The position numbers and the translations under genes are program-made. A stretch of DNA of 64,000 nt from Malacoraja senta (taxonomy: Eukaryota), in NCBI GenBank assembly GCA_038087875.1, contig CM075977.1, positions 1,984,001 to 2,048,000 on the forward strand, read 5' to 3'. Under the pieces are notes generated by a model. It was not told the origin of the DNA, did not search any database, and worked only from the letters and a program-made list of their open reading frames with translations. This document shows positions 51,880 to 64,000 of this stretch, piece by piece. Each line of letters opens with the position of its first letter. The stretch's first letter is position 1.

Positions 51880-53190
51880 GCTTACAATTGCACTGATTGA
51901 AATCCAAAGTAATGTCATAGAAATCAAGAAGGTGTTTTTGGGGCTTTTGAAAAGCATTAAGGTGGATAAATCTCCAGGGCTTGATGCGATCTATCCCAGG
52001 ATATTAAGGGGGACAAGGGAGGAAATTGCTGGAGCCTTGGCGAAGATCTTTGCATCGTCTCTTGCTACAGGTGAGGTTCCGGATGACTCTGGTTGCGAAT
52101 GTTGTTTGTTTGTTTAAGAAGAATAGTGGAGAGAATTGAGGGAATTATAGGCTGTTGAGCCTCATGTTAGTGGCAGGGAGGCTGTTGGAGAGGATTCAGG
52201 ATAAGATATACTCCCAATTTGAAGAAAATGGGCTAATCAGGGACAGTCAACATGGCTTTGTACATAGCAGATTATATCTTACTAACTTGATCGAGTCTTT
52301 CGAGCAGATGATGAAGGTGATCAATCAGGGTAGGGCAGTGGATATTGTCTACATGGATTTTGGTAAGCCATTTGATAAAGTTTCCCATGGTAGACTGATC
52401 CAGAAGATTAAGATGCATGGAATTCACAGTGACTTGTTTGTATGATTCAGAACTGGCTTACTTATGGAAGACAGATGGTTGTGGTGAAAGGAAATATTCA
52501 GGTTGGATATCTGTGACCAGTGGAAATCCACTGAGATCTGTGCTGAGACCTCTGCTGTTTGTGATATATATAAATAACTTGGACATAAGCAAAGACAATT
52601 TGGTTAATACGTTTGCAGATGACAACAAAATATCTGGATTCACGGACTGCGAGGAAGGCTGTCAAAGTGTATAGCGGGATATAGACTCAACATGCTGGAG
52701 TAACTCAGCTCGACAGGCAGCATCTCTGGAGAGAAGGAATGGGTGGCGTTTCGGGTCGAGACCGTTCTTCAGATTCAGCAGGATATAGATCAGCTGCAGA
52801 AATGGGTGGAGAAATAGCAGATAGATTTTAACCTGAACAATTGCGAGGTGTTGCACTTTGAGAGTCGAATGCAAGGGGAAAATATACAGTTAATGACAAG
52901 ACCCTTAACAGCATTAATGTACAGAGGGATCTTGCGGTCCAAGTGCATTGCTCCTTGAAAGTGGCAACACAAGTAGATAGAGTTGTAAAGAAGGCGTATG
53001 GTATGGTTGCCTTCATTAATTGAGTTTAAGTGTCAGGAAGTCATGATGCAGCTTTATGGGCCTTTGATTAGGCTGCATTTGGAATATTGTATGCAGTTCT
53101 GGTCACCCCTTTACAGGATGGAAGTGGAGGTTTACCATAATGTTGCCTGGATTAGAGGTATTAGCTATAAAAAAAATAGGATTATTTTTT
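51880..53190 (+). mobile_element. CR1 RT fragment with a PLE-derived insert at 52686-52776
   Basis: Peptides KVDKSPGLDAIYPRIL, SQHGFV..LTNLIE..VDIVYMDFGKPFDKV and FADDNK; insert flanked by AGC(G/A)GGATATAGA. Confidence 0.9.
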
Positions 53191-53913
53191 CTGGATTGCT
53201 AGATTGACCAATTAAAGTGCTGTTGGTGAATGGTAGAATCTGAAGGATGTTAATGAGGATGTGAGGAAAATAAAAATAAAGGGGATTCATGTGGGAATAG
53301 TGTAAATGAGTGGTTAGTAGTTGGTGGGACTTGGTGGGCTGAATTTCCTTTTTCAATGCAATATCTCTCTGTGACTCTGAGGCTAGATTGGACCAGCTAC
53401 GATCTTGATTAATGGTGGAGCAGGCTTGATAGGTCGAGTGGCCTATTCCTGTTCCTGTTTCTTATGTTCTTGCATATGCTTGAGAGCAAATCCAAGCTAT
53501 TAATCCTAGAAGCACAACACTCCCAACAATGGAGTAGCCCCTCACTATTGCACTGCGATGGGAGTTCAGATAGTTAACTCTCAGATCAGTTAGGTTTTGA
53601 CACAATCCTTTGTTTCTTTGTCAAAAAGGCTGTCATTTATGGCTAGTTGCTTAACAGGTGCTCCGAGGAAGTGTCCCAACCCGAAACATCACCTGTCGAT
53701 TTCTTCCCGAGACGCTGTCTGACTGCTGAGTTACTCCCACACTTGTTTTCTATTCAGTATAGTTTGTGTCTTTTGAGAGAACTATTTGACCTCGCTCTAC
53801 TTTTTAAATGTAATTATTTAAATTAAATTAAATTATATTAACCATTATTTTGGTTATCAATAATCAGATGTTAACAATCTGAAATATAAACAAAAGTTAT
53901 TGGAAACACTCAG

Positions 53914-54066
53914 CAGTCAGCATCTATGGTGAGAGAAACGTTTCAGTCAGCATCTATGGTGAGAGAAACGTTTCAGTCAGCATCTATGGTGAGAGAAACG
54001 TTTCAGTCAGCATCTATGGTGAGAGAAACGTTTCAGTCAGCATCTATGGTGAGAGAAACGTTTCAG
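53914..54066. repeat. Perfect 30-bp tandem repeat, 5 copies
   Basis: CAGTCAGCATCTATGGTGAGAGAAACGTTT at 53914, 53944, 53974, 54004 and 54034. Confidence 0.97.
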
Positions 54067-54177
54067 ACCATTGGCAACATTTGAGAGAAACAAGGTTTGC
54101 AATTCAGAGAAAGGAGGGAGGGGCACATATAACAAAAGGGCTGGCAGGAGAGAAAAGGGGTGATGTTACATGTTACA

Positions 54178-54354
54178 TGGACATATTACAGACTCCCAGG
54201 CCCAACAATCTCCTCTTGTCAAGTCCTGTTTCTTTACCTATTTAACCAATAGGTAAAGAAACAGGTCTTGACAAGAGGAGATATAAATGGGAATAGCAGC
54301 ACAGCTGATAATATTGAATTCAAATGTTGGGCCTGGGAGTCTGTAACATGTCCA
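54178..54354. repeat. Long inverted repeat (35-bp plus 30-bp arms) at the end of a Penelope GIY-YIG relic (about 54290-54480, -)
   Basis: 54208-54242 pairs with 54248-54282 (1 mismatch); 54178-54207 pairs with 54325-54354 (1 mismatch); adjacent peptide VFSLLQCSNSAQYEL. Confidence 0.85.
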
Positions 54355-54584
54355 GTCAGAAGATAAGATGCTGACTGGAGCTCATATTGAGCAGAGTTGG
54401 AACACTGTAGAAGACTGAAGACCATTGTGGAGTAGAGCAGGAAACATGAGGGACATGCAACCATAAGCTTGTGGACGACGTTGTCACCCAGTCCGTATTT
54501 GATCTACTCTGAAGTAGAGGTGCGAACACTGTGAGGAACAATCACTGCATACCAACTTGACAGAAGTGCACGTGGTACACCCTT

Positions 54585-54810
54585 TCACACATGCTGGGTG
54601 TATGGAACAAGCTGCCAGAGGAGGTAGTTGAGGCAGGGAGTATCCCAACATTTAAGAAACAGTTAGACAGGTACATGGATAGGACAGGTTTGGAGGGATA
54701 GGGACCAAATGTGGGCAAGTGGGACTAGTGTAGCTGGGACATGTTGGCCGGTGTGGGGAGGTTAGGCTGAAGGGCTTGTTTTCACACTGTACCAGTCCAT
54801 GACTCTATGA
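54585..54810 (+). mobile_element. CR1 3' end
   Basis: GGAACAAGCTGCCAGAGGAGGTAGTTGAGGCAGG..GGGACTAGTGTAG..(ATGACTCT)n. Confidence 0.85.
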
Positions 54811-55344
54811 CTCTAAGTACATGTAATCTGGTCTTCCACCAGAAATAAATGTTTGGTGTTCTTTGGAAAAGCAAGAGATTGGAAGAGCAAGTTTGCATCT
54901 CTTGCAACAATCCACAGAGGTGCTATGAAAAAAGAATGGAAAGGAAATGCTATATTTTGACGCAATCCCTTCTAGTCTTAAATTCCGTTGATGGTGCATA
55001 TTTACTGCATTGCCGGTGTTTGTTTTAATATTTTCACACCTACCCTGGCTCTATTTATAACATAAACAATGGGGATTTGATTACATTATCACGTGAACAG
55101 TGTGTTAAGTAGCCCTTTAATTATATAGCCGTCATGTCTTTGAATAGGGCCCATTAGTGTAATAAGGCCTGGTGCATATATTATCTCTGACCTTTGACCA
55201 TGTTATCTTTAATGTCTTTAACCCCTTTCGTACCACATGCATCGCATTTGCTGCACATTACAGAGTGAATCTTTCATTTATTCACCTATAACAGAAAATA
55301 TTAACGGGAAACTGAAGGCATGAGTTAAACTACAAAAGTGATTA

Positions 55345-55800
55345 AATAGAACACAAAATGCGGGAGTAACTCAGCGGGTCAGGCAGCATCTATGGAGGGA
55401 ATGGGTGGGTGACGTTTCAGGTCAGGACTCTTCGTCAGGCTGATTGTAGTAAGGAGTAGAAAGCTGGAAAAGAGAGGTGGGGGCAGAACAAAGCCTGGCA
55501 AGTGATAGGTGGATACAGGTGAAGGTGTTTTGATGGGTAGAAAGGTAGAGTATGTGACAAAGGCGAGAGGCAAAAAGGAGACAAAAGGGTGTCAGGAGAA
55601 GTGGGGAGTGAAATATAGCCAGAGGGAGGGATATAAGTGGAAAGGGGTGGAGGAATGGGGGGAGGTGGGTGGTGGTAGTGGGGGGGGGGGAGACAGGTGG
55701 GATCATGGGAGAAATGGCTGCATACCGGAGTGGGGGGGGGGGGGGCACAGGAAAGAGAAGAGGGTATGGGATGTTACTTAAAATAATTTCAATGATCAAA
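55345..55800 (-). mobile_element. Penelope pLTR/3' UTR, longer form
   Basis: Same short-element end, plus a hammerhead-like CTGACGA..GAAACGTC on the minus strand and a purine-rich body. Confidence 0.65.
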
Positions 55801-56394
55801 TGGTTAAATAGTTGTTTTAACAATGGTTGCTCTGTGACCCGTGCCCTTACTCCCTTAACTTTGATCTTAAGAGCTATAAATTCATTATGCAGATGCAATT
55901 ATAAGTATTAATCAAAATAAAGTGGAACAAAAAATTACCGATGTTGACCAATAAACTGTTGCAAAAATCCACCTGGTTCATTGATATTCATTTGGGGAAA
56001 AGGAATCTACCATGCTTACCCATTTTGGTCTATTTGTGACTTCAGACCTACCAATATGATTGACTCTTAACTGACCACTGAAATGAGACACTCAGTAGAA
56101 GAACAAACCAGTGATGCCCGCATGCTCTTGAAACATATTGTGGGAAACATCTACAACTGTCAGTAGATCACCAACTCAGTGAAAGATGCACTTTGGTCTA
56201 CCCAAAAGATCTTGTTCCTTCAATGTAAGGGGATGTTCTTAAGGGACTGATGCCAATCGGCACATATCAAGCCAGGTGAGTGTGCATTGAAGGTCAGTAC
56301 AGGTACTGAAAAGGCTTTGTGGGGAAAGACCACAGTCTTTGGTTCTGCTACCAATGGATGCTGAGGCACTGGACCAACAGCCTTTCTAACACTT

Positions 56395-56714
56395 GGGGCA
56401 GCACAGTGGTGCAGTGAGAGAGCTGCTGCCTTACAGCGCCAGAGAACCGGGTTCGATCCTGATTATGGGTGCTGTCTGTATGTAGTTTTGTGTTCTTCCT
56501 GTGACTACATGGTTTTTCTCTGGGTACTCTGGTTTCCTCCCACACTCCAAAGACGTACGGGTTTGTAGGTTAATTGGCTTCGGTAAAAATAGTAAATTGT
56601 GCCTCGTGTATAGGATGGTATTAGTGTACAGGGTGATCACTGGTCATTGCAGACTCGGTGGGCCGAAGGGCCTGTTTCTGCACTGTGAGTCTAAATTTTA
56701 AAAACTAAACTAAA
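56395..56714 (+). mobile_element. HE1-type SINE
   Basis: GGGGCAGCACAGTGGTGCAGTG..GGGTTCGATCC..GGGCCGAAGGGCCTG..(CTAAA)n. Confidence 0.9.
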
Positions 56715-59454
56715 CTTCATAGATATACTGTATAATTTAAAGAAGAAATATGAATATTCTTAAAATTTTAAAAAGCGTAGATGATTACAAAAAAGTGTGC
56801 TTTAGGAAAGATCACAGAATTTTATCCTTTAGATTTTCCTTTCCAGACCAATTAGGTTTGCTAACTTAATAAAAGCCTGGTTGACTCTGCTGTACATGTA
56901 AAATATCTTACCTCGATGGTAAGTTACAAAAAACCTGAAAGGGTGGTGGAAGCGGGATCGGTAGATATCCTTTGAAGGGAATTGGACAAATAATTCTTTG
57001 TATTGTTGTTCATTGTATATTTATTTATTGTGTTGTCGCATCAATGTGCCTGTAAAGCTGCAGCAAGTAAGAATTCATTATTCTGTTCCCAGTGCAAATG
57101 ATAATTAAACATTTTTGAATCTTGAAATAAGAAGTTTGCAAAGGTGTAGGCAATCTCCAGTGGGACTGACTGGAGAGTTCTCTTGCAGGGGCATGACAGG
57201 CTGAATGGTCTCCCTTCTGTGCTTTGATTTGAATGATATTTTAAAAAATCGAAATGGTTCCCCCACCCAGCCAAGAGGTGAATGAGTTAACCCTTTTCTC
57301 CACGCACAGATGTTGCCTGACATGCTGAAAATCTCCAGCATTTTCTGTTTGCATTTCACATTTGCAACATCGGTGAGATTTTGTTTTGCACAGTACTTGT
57401 ATTTTACAACCAAAAAAGCGAAAAAAATATATGATAAAAATCGTGGCGCAATCACAGTTGGATGTTCAAAAATAAAGTGGATTGAATCAATTTTAATTAA
57501 TACAACAGCACAACATGCAGACATTGAAGTCATTAAATGCTGTCAGCATTACAGAATCCACAGGAATTTTGACTCGATTCCATGATAATTGTGTAAAAAA
57601 TAATGTCAATGTGCATTGCCTGTTTTTAATTTAACATGTGAATGGCATCTCTTATGTTGAGATCTGTGTCTCACTATTGGCCCTGTAATTGAGGAGCCCC
57701 TTTCAGAAGCTGCAGCCTCCCTCTACATTTGTCTTCATAAGGTTAATTTATTTTTTTCAACCAGATGTAGGCTGGCAGGCATCAGTCAGTGCTTCCTTCC
57801 CCCACTGTTAGGAGGTCAAGAACACAGTCACGTTTCCCATTTCACAGAATCCCGATCAACATTATTGAAGATGGATGTATCTTTAAAGCAAAGATTGATT
57901 GTGGATATCAGAGTTATGGCGTCATTTATCATGGTGAATATTATTTAGACTCCGATTGTACAAGGCTGTAACTTGAAGCACTGTCAGAGGGGGAACAAAT
58001 TGCAAATGAGGATACATGGAGTTTAATGAATGGATACATTTTCTGTGTAGTTCATTGCCAGAAAGCAGGCGTACATTGCTTTTTTATATGTTATCCCAGG
58101 AACAGGAGGAGGAGGGGGAAATTAGTTTGATTAGTTAGCGTAACTTAACTTGTGTCACTCCAGCATTGCTTTTTGGATTTCAGAATATGGTCTCCATGTT
58201 TTTGCGTGTTATCATGCACACTGGCTGGATCTGCAGGATAAGCAAGCCTTGTAGATATGTATAGTAATTAAGAGACATCTTCCTCGCAATGAAACAATTT
58301 TTTATCAACCTCCCTTTTCTAATGAGCAGTTTCCCCTCACCCCATCGCCGAGGCAGCATGCTCTAATTGAGCCAGGCACTGCCACCAAGAGGGACGGTTT
58401 GAACAACGGCCTCTAATTTTATTGACCACTGCTGCGCATCTCAAAGAAAGCCAAATTTATCAACACACATTACCGAGTGAAGCGAATGTAGAGAAAACCA
58501 TTGTTTTTAATCTTTTTTTCCCTGAGAGTCTGAATGAGGTGATTTATGGTAGTTATCCATCTTTAGGGTCATCCATCAAGTTTCAGTTGCTAGGCAATTG
58601 CGCCAGCAGCTGTTTGCCTTGAATGGAACTAAAAAGTTGTCACTCACCAGATGCAGGTGAACAGTGTTTTTTTTTAAAGTCTCATCCTCAACTGCAAAAT
58701 CTTCACCCCTCCAATATATTTTTAAACTGGAATATGCTACAAAAGGAGGGTTCATTTTAATTATTTCAGAATGATTTACTGTGTAAAGGAAAAAAAATGG
58801 AGCATAACTTTATGTGAGAGAAAATGTAAATAGAACTCTGGACTGAAGCCCACTGTGGCAAAATCCAGAGGGTATTCCTTTTTTTGCAAATACTGGGATC
58901 GAAGACTGACTTTCAGAATAATCAGGAAAAATTCCTATGACTATTTGTTGAGTTGGAAATGCACCTTGGCTGCATTTGGCAATAGTGTTAAATTCTCTTC
59001 CTGAGCCTTTGCATGTATTTTTACATCCCGCTGGATGGATGGACACTTAAGACTGACTGGGAATCCTCCTTTGGAACCCAAACTACTTCATGGGTTAAAG
59101 GATGGTAACTTTTGCGACTTTGATGTTCCCTTTAGGTGGGCACTATCTGTGAATCATCTGGCAACATTATATATTTATAGATGTACCTACATAAATCCTT
59201 ATTGTAGGCTCCTTTAAGCTCGTGACTATGGATAGTTTCCTGGATGATATCTTCATCTCGATGGAGAATAGTGTCCTCCATCGTCATTATGTGGCAGTCC
59301 CTGCTGCATCTGCCATTCCTGAAGATGAACTTGGCCATGTCCACATGCCATTTGTTCTTCTGTTGGATCTTTCATCCTTCAAATGTGGTGTTTGTTTCTC
59401 AAGGCTTTTTGGAGGCATTTGAAGGGTTTATGGCTCCACTGACTATGATTGTGA

Positions 59455-59733
<279 letters not shown>

Positions 59734-59928
59734 TAGAGCATGCTGCACAATGGATTGTTCTTAGTCTATTGGGATGTCATTTCCAGTGCTATGACTGGCC
59801 ATCATCTGATTCAGTTGGTCTGATCTCCCCTTGTTCAGTACTAGACTTGTATCTAGTCCTTAATCTCAGAATAAAGATCAGGATGTAACTATTAGTACAA
59901 GATGAGCGTTTATTGCCCTTCTTTAAAA

Positions 59929-60248
59929 GGGGCGGCAAGGTGGCGCAGTGGTAGAGTTGCTGCCTTACAGCACCAGAGACGCGGGTTTGATCCTGACTAT
60001 GGGTGCTGCCTGTATGGAGTTTGTATGTTCTCCCCATGACCACATGGGTTTTCTCCGAGATCTTCGGTTTCCTCCCACACTCTAAAGACGTACAGGTTTG
60101 TAGGTTAATGGGTTTGGTATAAATGTAAATTGTCCCTAGTGTGTGTAGGATAGTGTTAATGTGTGGGGGTCGCTGCTCGGTGCGGACTCAGTGGGCTGAA
60201 GGGCCTGTTTCCACGCTGTATCTCTAAACTAAACTAAACTAAATTAAA
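59929..60248 (+). mobile_element. HE1-type SINE, full length
   Basis: GGGGCGGCAAGGTGGCGCAGTGGTAGAG..GGGTTTGATCC..TCTCTAAACTAAACTAAAC. Confidence 0.92.
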
Positions 60249-60872
60249 CCTCTCTTATGAATGTCTTTGAAATGCTGACGCGGGTGTCCAATTGGTCATT
60301 TTCCAGAAGCTAGTTCTTCATTGAAAACAACTTTTTGAATTCTGTACATGCATGCATAATATATGTTATGTGTGGTGTGCGTGATTAAAGTAAACAGTTG
60401 GGTGTCAGCTTAACGATGTATCTATGCATTTACATTGCACTTTAACATCAGAATGTCCCATGAGATTTTACAACCAACAACGCTCTTCAAAGTGTATTCT
60501 CTATTGCATTGTGGGGAGCGCGAGAGACAATTTGTACATAGAAAGCTCCCACATATGTGAATGTAATGTCAGTTGGATATTTTGCTTTCAGGATGCAACA
60601 GAGGGAAAAATAATGTCAGGACAGCACAGAATACTCTCCTGCCCCTTGAAGTAATGCCGTGGAGCATTACACCCAGCTGGGTGGGCAGGTGGAACTTCTG
60701 TTTAGTACATTTCATCCTGCTTGCAATGATTTTGTCTCTCTTCTTCTCCTTTCTCTTTATGGTGGTAGATGTTGGGGTAGGTTCGTAAGGATGACAGTAC
60801 ATGTATATTAATTGATTTAACCAGGAGATGTACACAATATGCGTCATGTTACTGATATAGGGTAGTACATTG

Positions 60873-61063
60873 TTTAAGAAAGAACTGCAGATGCTGGAAA
60901 AATCGAAGGTAGACAAAAAAGCTGGAGAAACTCAGCGGGTGAGGCAGCATCTATGGAGCAAAGGAATAGGTGACGTTTTGGGTTGAGAACCGAAATGTCA
61001 CCTATTCCTTTGGTCCATAGATGCTGCCTCACCCGCTGAGTTTCTCCAGCATTTTTGTCTATC
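60873..61063. mobile_element. Penelope-derived foldback with a 15-bp TSD
   Basis: TAGGGTAGTACATTG at 60858-60872 and 61064-61078; inverted arms of about 75 bp. Confidence 0.88.
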
Positions 61064-61889
61064 TAGGGTAGTACATTGATTGAGACCAATCTACATTGCC
61101 TGTGGGATTACAAGGCGGTAACACAATTAGTTTATGTAACCGTCATGCATCTGAGCTGGTGTTCCTGCATTAAGCACGCTTCCTTCCATCTGTTCTTTGT
61201 ACCACAGTATGTGGATTCTCCCATATTTTGTTTAGTTCCTTTGCTTTGTGCTTGGAATCTTGCGCTTTCGCACGGTGATTTACCAAACCCGTTTTTAATC
61301 TTCTTTAGTTGCAGCTGAGGTTTTCTCCTGCTCCTGTTGCTAATTCAAAGCCAGCTCAAGGGATTCTTTTAATCAGCCTTTTCTGCAGATGGAAGGGATT
61401 CCCCTCACTTTTCCCAGCTCCCTACCAGGCCTGTCTGTTTACTGCTAGCACAGACACATATGTCCTCTGATTCAAGTGGTGTTGCTAAGAGGTAATTTCC
61501 ACATTTGCTTCAAGTTCCCCAAACTAATGTGTCCTTCAGTGCAATTGCAGAGGAGTTCAACATGAGGGGCTTTGTTGAATTGTTTCCACTGGCAGAATGG
61601 TCAGAAGCCAGTGGGCACAGACTGAAGAGAAAGAATGGGTGACGTTTTGGGTCGAGACCCTTCTTCAGACCGACTGAAACGGCACCTATTTCTTCTCCCC
61701 AGGGATGCTGAATTACTCCAGCATTTTGTGTCTATCTTCGGTATAAACCAGCTTCTGCATTCCCTTCCGGCATAGACTGAAGGCAGGACAATAAGAGGGG
61801 AGCTGAGCAGGATTTCCTTTTTGACACGACGAGATGTTGTGGCTTGGAATGTACTGCCTGAAAGGGCAGTGGAAGCAGATTGGTCACAA

Positions 61890-62560
61890 TTGGTATTGGT
61901 TTATTAGCGTCACGAGCACTGAGATACAGCGGAAAACTTTGTTGCCCGTGATAACTAGGCAAATTATACCATGTATGAATACTTGAGGTAGTGAAAAAGA
62001 TAAATTAATTTGAGTGTAGAATATCATGTAACAGCTAAAGAGAAAGTGCAGATAAAAAAACCCGCAAGAGCCTTGACTAGGTAGATTGGAAGATCAGGAA
62101 TTCATCCTTAGAATATGAGAGGCTCTTTCAACATCGTGAAGAAGCTGTTCAAAAATCTTCTGGTACATGTTTTTAGGCTTTTGTATTTCTGCTTGATGGG
62201 AGAGGGGAGAAGAGAGAATGAATGGGGTGTGAATGGTACATGATTGTTGGCTGCTGGAGTCGATGGTGGGGAGGCTGGTTTGCATTACGGACCGTGCTGC
62301 GATCTCAACACTGCAAGTTTTTTGTGGTCCTTTGCAAAGCAGTTGCCATATCAGCTATGACACATCTGGATAGTATACTTTCTAAGGTGCATCTGTAGAA
62401 ATTGCTAAGAATCATTGGAGACATGCTGAATTTTCTTGGCCTTCGGAGGAAATAGAGGTATTTGTGTGCTTTCTTGGCTGTAGTGTCAGTGTAGTTGGAC
62501 CAGGACAAATTGTTGTGCTATTTACACGTAGCTATTTGAAGGTTTCATTCATTACCACTT
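61890..62560 (-). mobile_element. Rex1/Babar LINE 3' fragment
   Basis: ORF 62305-62508 (-) SWSNYTDTTAKKAHKYLYFLRRPRKFSMSPMILSNFYRCTLESILS matches the Rex1 RT C-terminal motif. Confidence 0.82.
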
Positions 62561-62739
62561 CTACACCCATAACATCACCCATTTAATATAACTGAACAAT
62601 TACTTGAAGAGCAAACAATTGGCTAGATGTTCTGGGGTGGAATGGTGGGGGAAAGAAGAGGACAAAATGGGCAGTGCAGTCAAGGATTCAGTGCAAATAT
62701 GATGGGCTGATCTGCGTGCTCCTGTGCTGTGTGTCATAA

Positions 62740-63350
62740 TCATAGAGTCATACAGCGTGGAAACAGGCCCTTCGGCCCAACTTACCCACGCCGACCAACA
62801 TGCCCCATCTAAACTAATCCCACCTGCCTTCTTTTGGCCCACATCCCTCTAAACCAACCCTATCTATGAATCTGTCTAAATGTTTCTTAAAGGTTGTGAT
62901 AGTTGCCTCCACTACCCTCTCCAGCTCGTTCCATAAACACCCCAACCCTTTGTGTAAAAAAGTTAAGGGCCTGTCTCACTTGGGCGTCATTTGCGCGTCA
63001 TTTACGCGACATCATTTACGCGTCACGATGCACGACGCGTGCGTTGTGACACGCATGTGATGCGCACATGGTGTGCATTACGTGCGCATGGTGCGTGGTG
63101 ACATAGGCAGTGACGCGCGGTCGCACGCGGCGCCCCAGGATTTTGGGATGTATAAAATCTTCGCGGCCATCTGCGTGACGCCCTTTACCCTCCAGTTCCC
63201 ATTAAATCTTTCCTCCCTCACCTGAAACCTATGTCATCTAGTTCTCTATTCCCCTACTCTGAGCAAAAGGCTCTGTGTGTTTACCCGTTCTATTCCTCTC
63301 ATGATTTTGTACACCGCTATAAGATCACCCTTCATCATCCTGCACTCCAA
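62740..63350 (-). mobile_element. CR1 3' fragment interrupted by a MITE
   Basis: CATAGAGTCATACAGCGTGGAAACAGGCCCTTCGG..AAAAAGTTA|CCCTCCAGTTCC..CTATAAGATCACCC. Confidence 0.85.
62966..63184. mobile_element. PIF/Harbinger-type MITE with its right TIR largely deleted
   Basis: Left end AGGGCCTGTCTCACTT matches the 21307 element; right end GCCCT; TTA duplication at 62963-62965 and 63185-63187. Confidence 0.75.
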
Positions 63351-63710
63351 GTGTGATGTTTTCATTTGTCTAAGCAGCAGGCGTTTTTTCAACATGTCCT
63401 GTTTCATGGACATTCCTCATCTGCAAAGATATTGACCGATGAGGAGAGGTTACACAGGCTTGGGTTGTATCTGCTGGGGTTTGAAAAGTTGAAGGGGTAC
63501 CTATTGAAACATCTCTCTCTTGATGACATTGTCTGATCTTCATCTAAAATTTTTCAATTGCTTTGTGCCAAAATAAATGCCAAAACACAATTTAACTGAA
63601 AGGTGTTGTTTTATTGTTTTTATTTTTCAGTAGCAATGCCACCACTTCCTTCCATGCCTAGTTGTTCTTGAATGCATCAGTGAGGTTCCTTCCATAAGCA
63701 TATAAGTAGA

Positions 63711-63862
63711 TAGACACAAAATGCTCAGTCTGAAGAAGGGTCTCAACCCGAAATGTCACCCATTCCTTCTCTCTAAAGATGCTGCCGGTCCCGCTGAGTT
63801 ACTCCAGCATTTTGTGTCTATCTTCGATTTAAACCAGCATCTGCAGGTCCTTCCTACACAGA
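63711..63862 (+). mobile_element. Penelope-derived element with an 11-bp TSD and hammerhead-like core
   Basis: ATATAAGTAGA at 63700-63710 and 63863-63873; CTGAAGA-AGGGTCTCAACCC-GAAA-TGTC at 63730-63757. Confidence 0.82.
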
Positions 63863-64000
63863 ATATAAGTAGAAGCAGGAAATCTTTTTGAGCTGTTGCA
63901 AACCTGCGGTGAATGTGCTCTCATGCCGAGAAGGTACTCCCATGGTACTGCTGTGAGAAGGGAGTTCCAAGGATTAGACCCAGTAATGAAGGGGCAGCAA

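Noticed and set aside
58381-58396. CTCF-like GCCACCAAGAGGGAC
   Set aside because: An extra base and mismatches break the core consensus

Overview
Vertebrate genomic DNA, most likely a cartilaginous fish (skate/ray), judged from HE1-type SINEs with (CTAAA)n tails, HER1/CR1 LINEs and Penelope-derived repeats. The window covers the head-to-head PTGR3(ZADH2)/TSHZ1 locus. TSHZ1 coding exon 1 (MPRRKQQAPRRSA + phase-1 GT donor) is at 10615-10654 (+), and everything downstream looks like its intron 1 (>53 kb; the multi-kb zinc-finger exon 2 is not in the window). A divergent PTGR3-like exon 1 ending ...LLLRNR|GTGAGT lies at about 8693-8813 (-), but as assembled its ATG is one base out of frame. The intron alternates repeat-free, motif-dense candidate enhancers (Pbx-Hox TGATNNAT clusters, Meis sites, a perfect DR5 retinoic-acid element, a DR1) with CR1, Rex1, SINE and Harbinger-MITE relics. 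It also holds about 25 short Penelope-derived elements; several are foldbacks with 11-15 bp target-site duplications and a minimal hammerhead-ribozyme core. Nearly all ORFs in the supplied track are spurious or retroelement fragments. All family and gene assignments come from recalled consensus sequences, not database searches.
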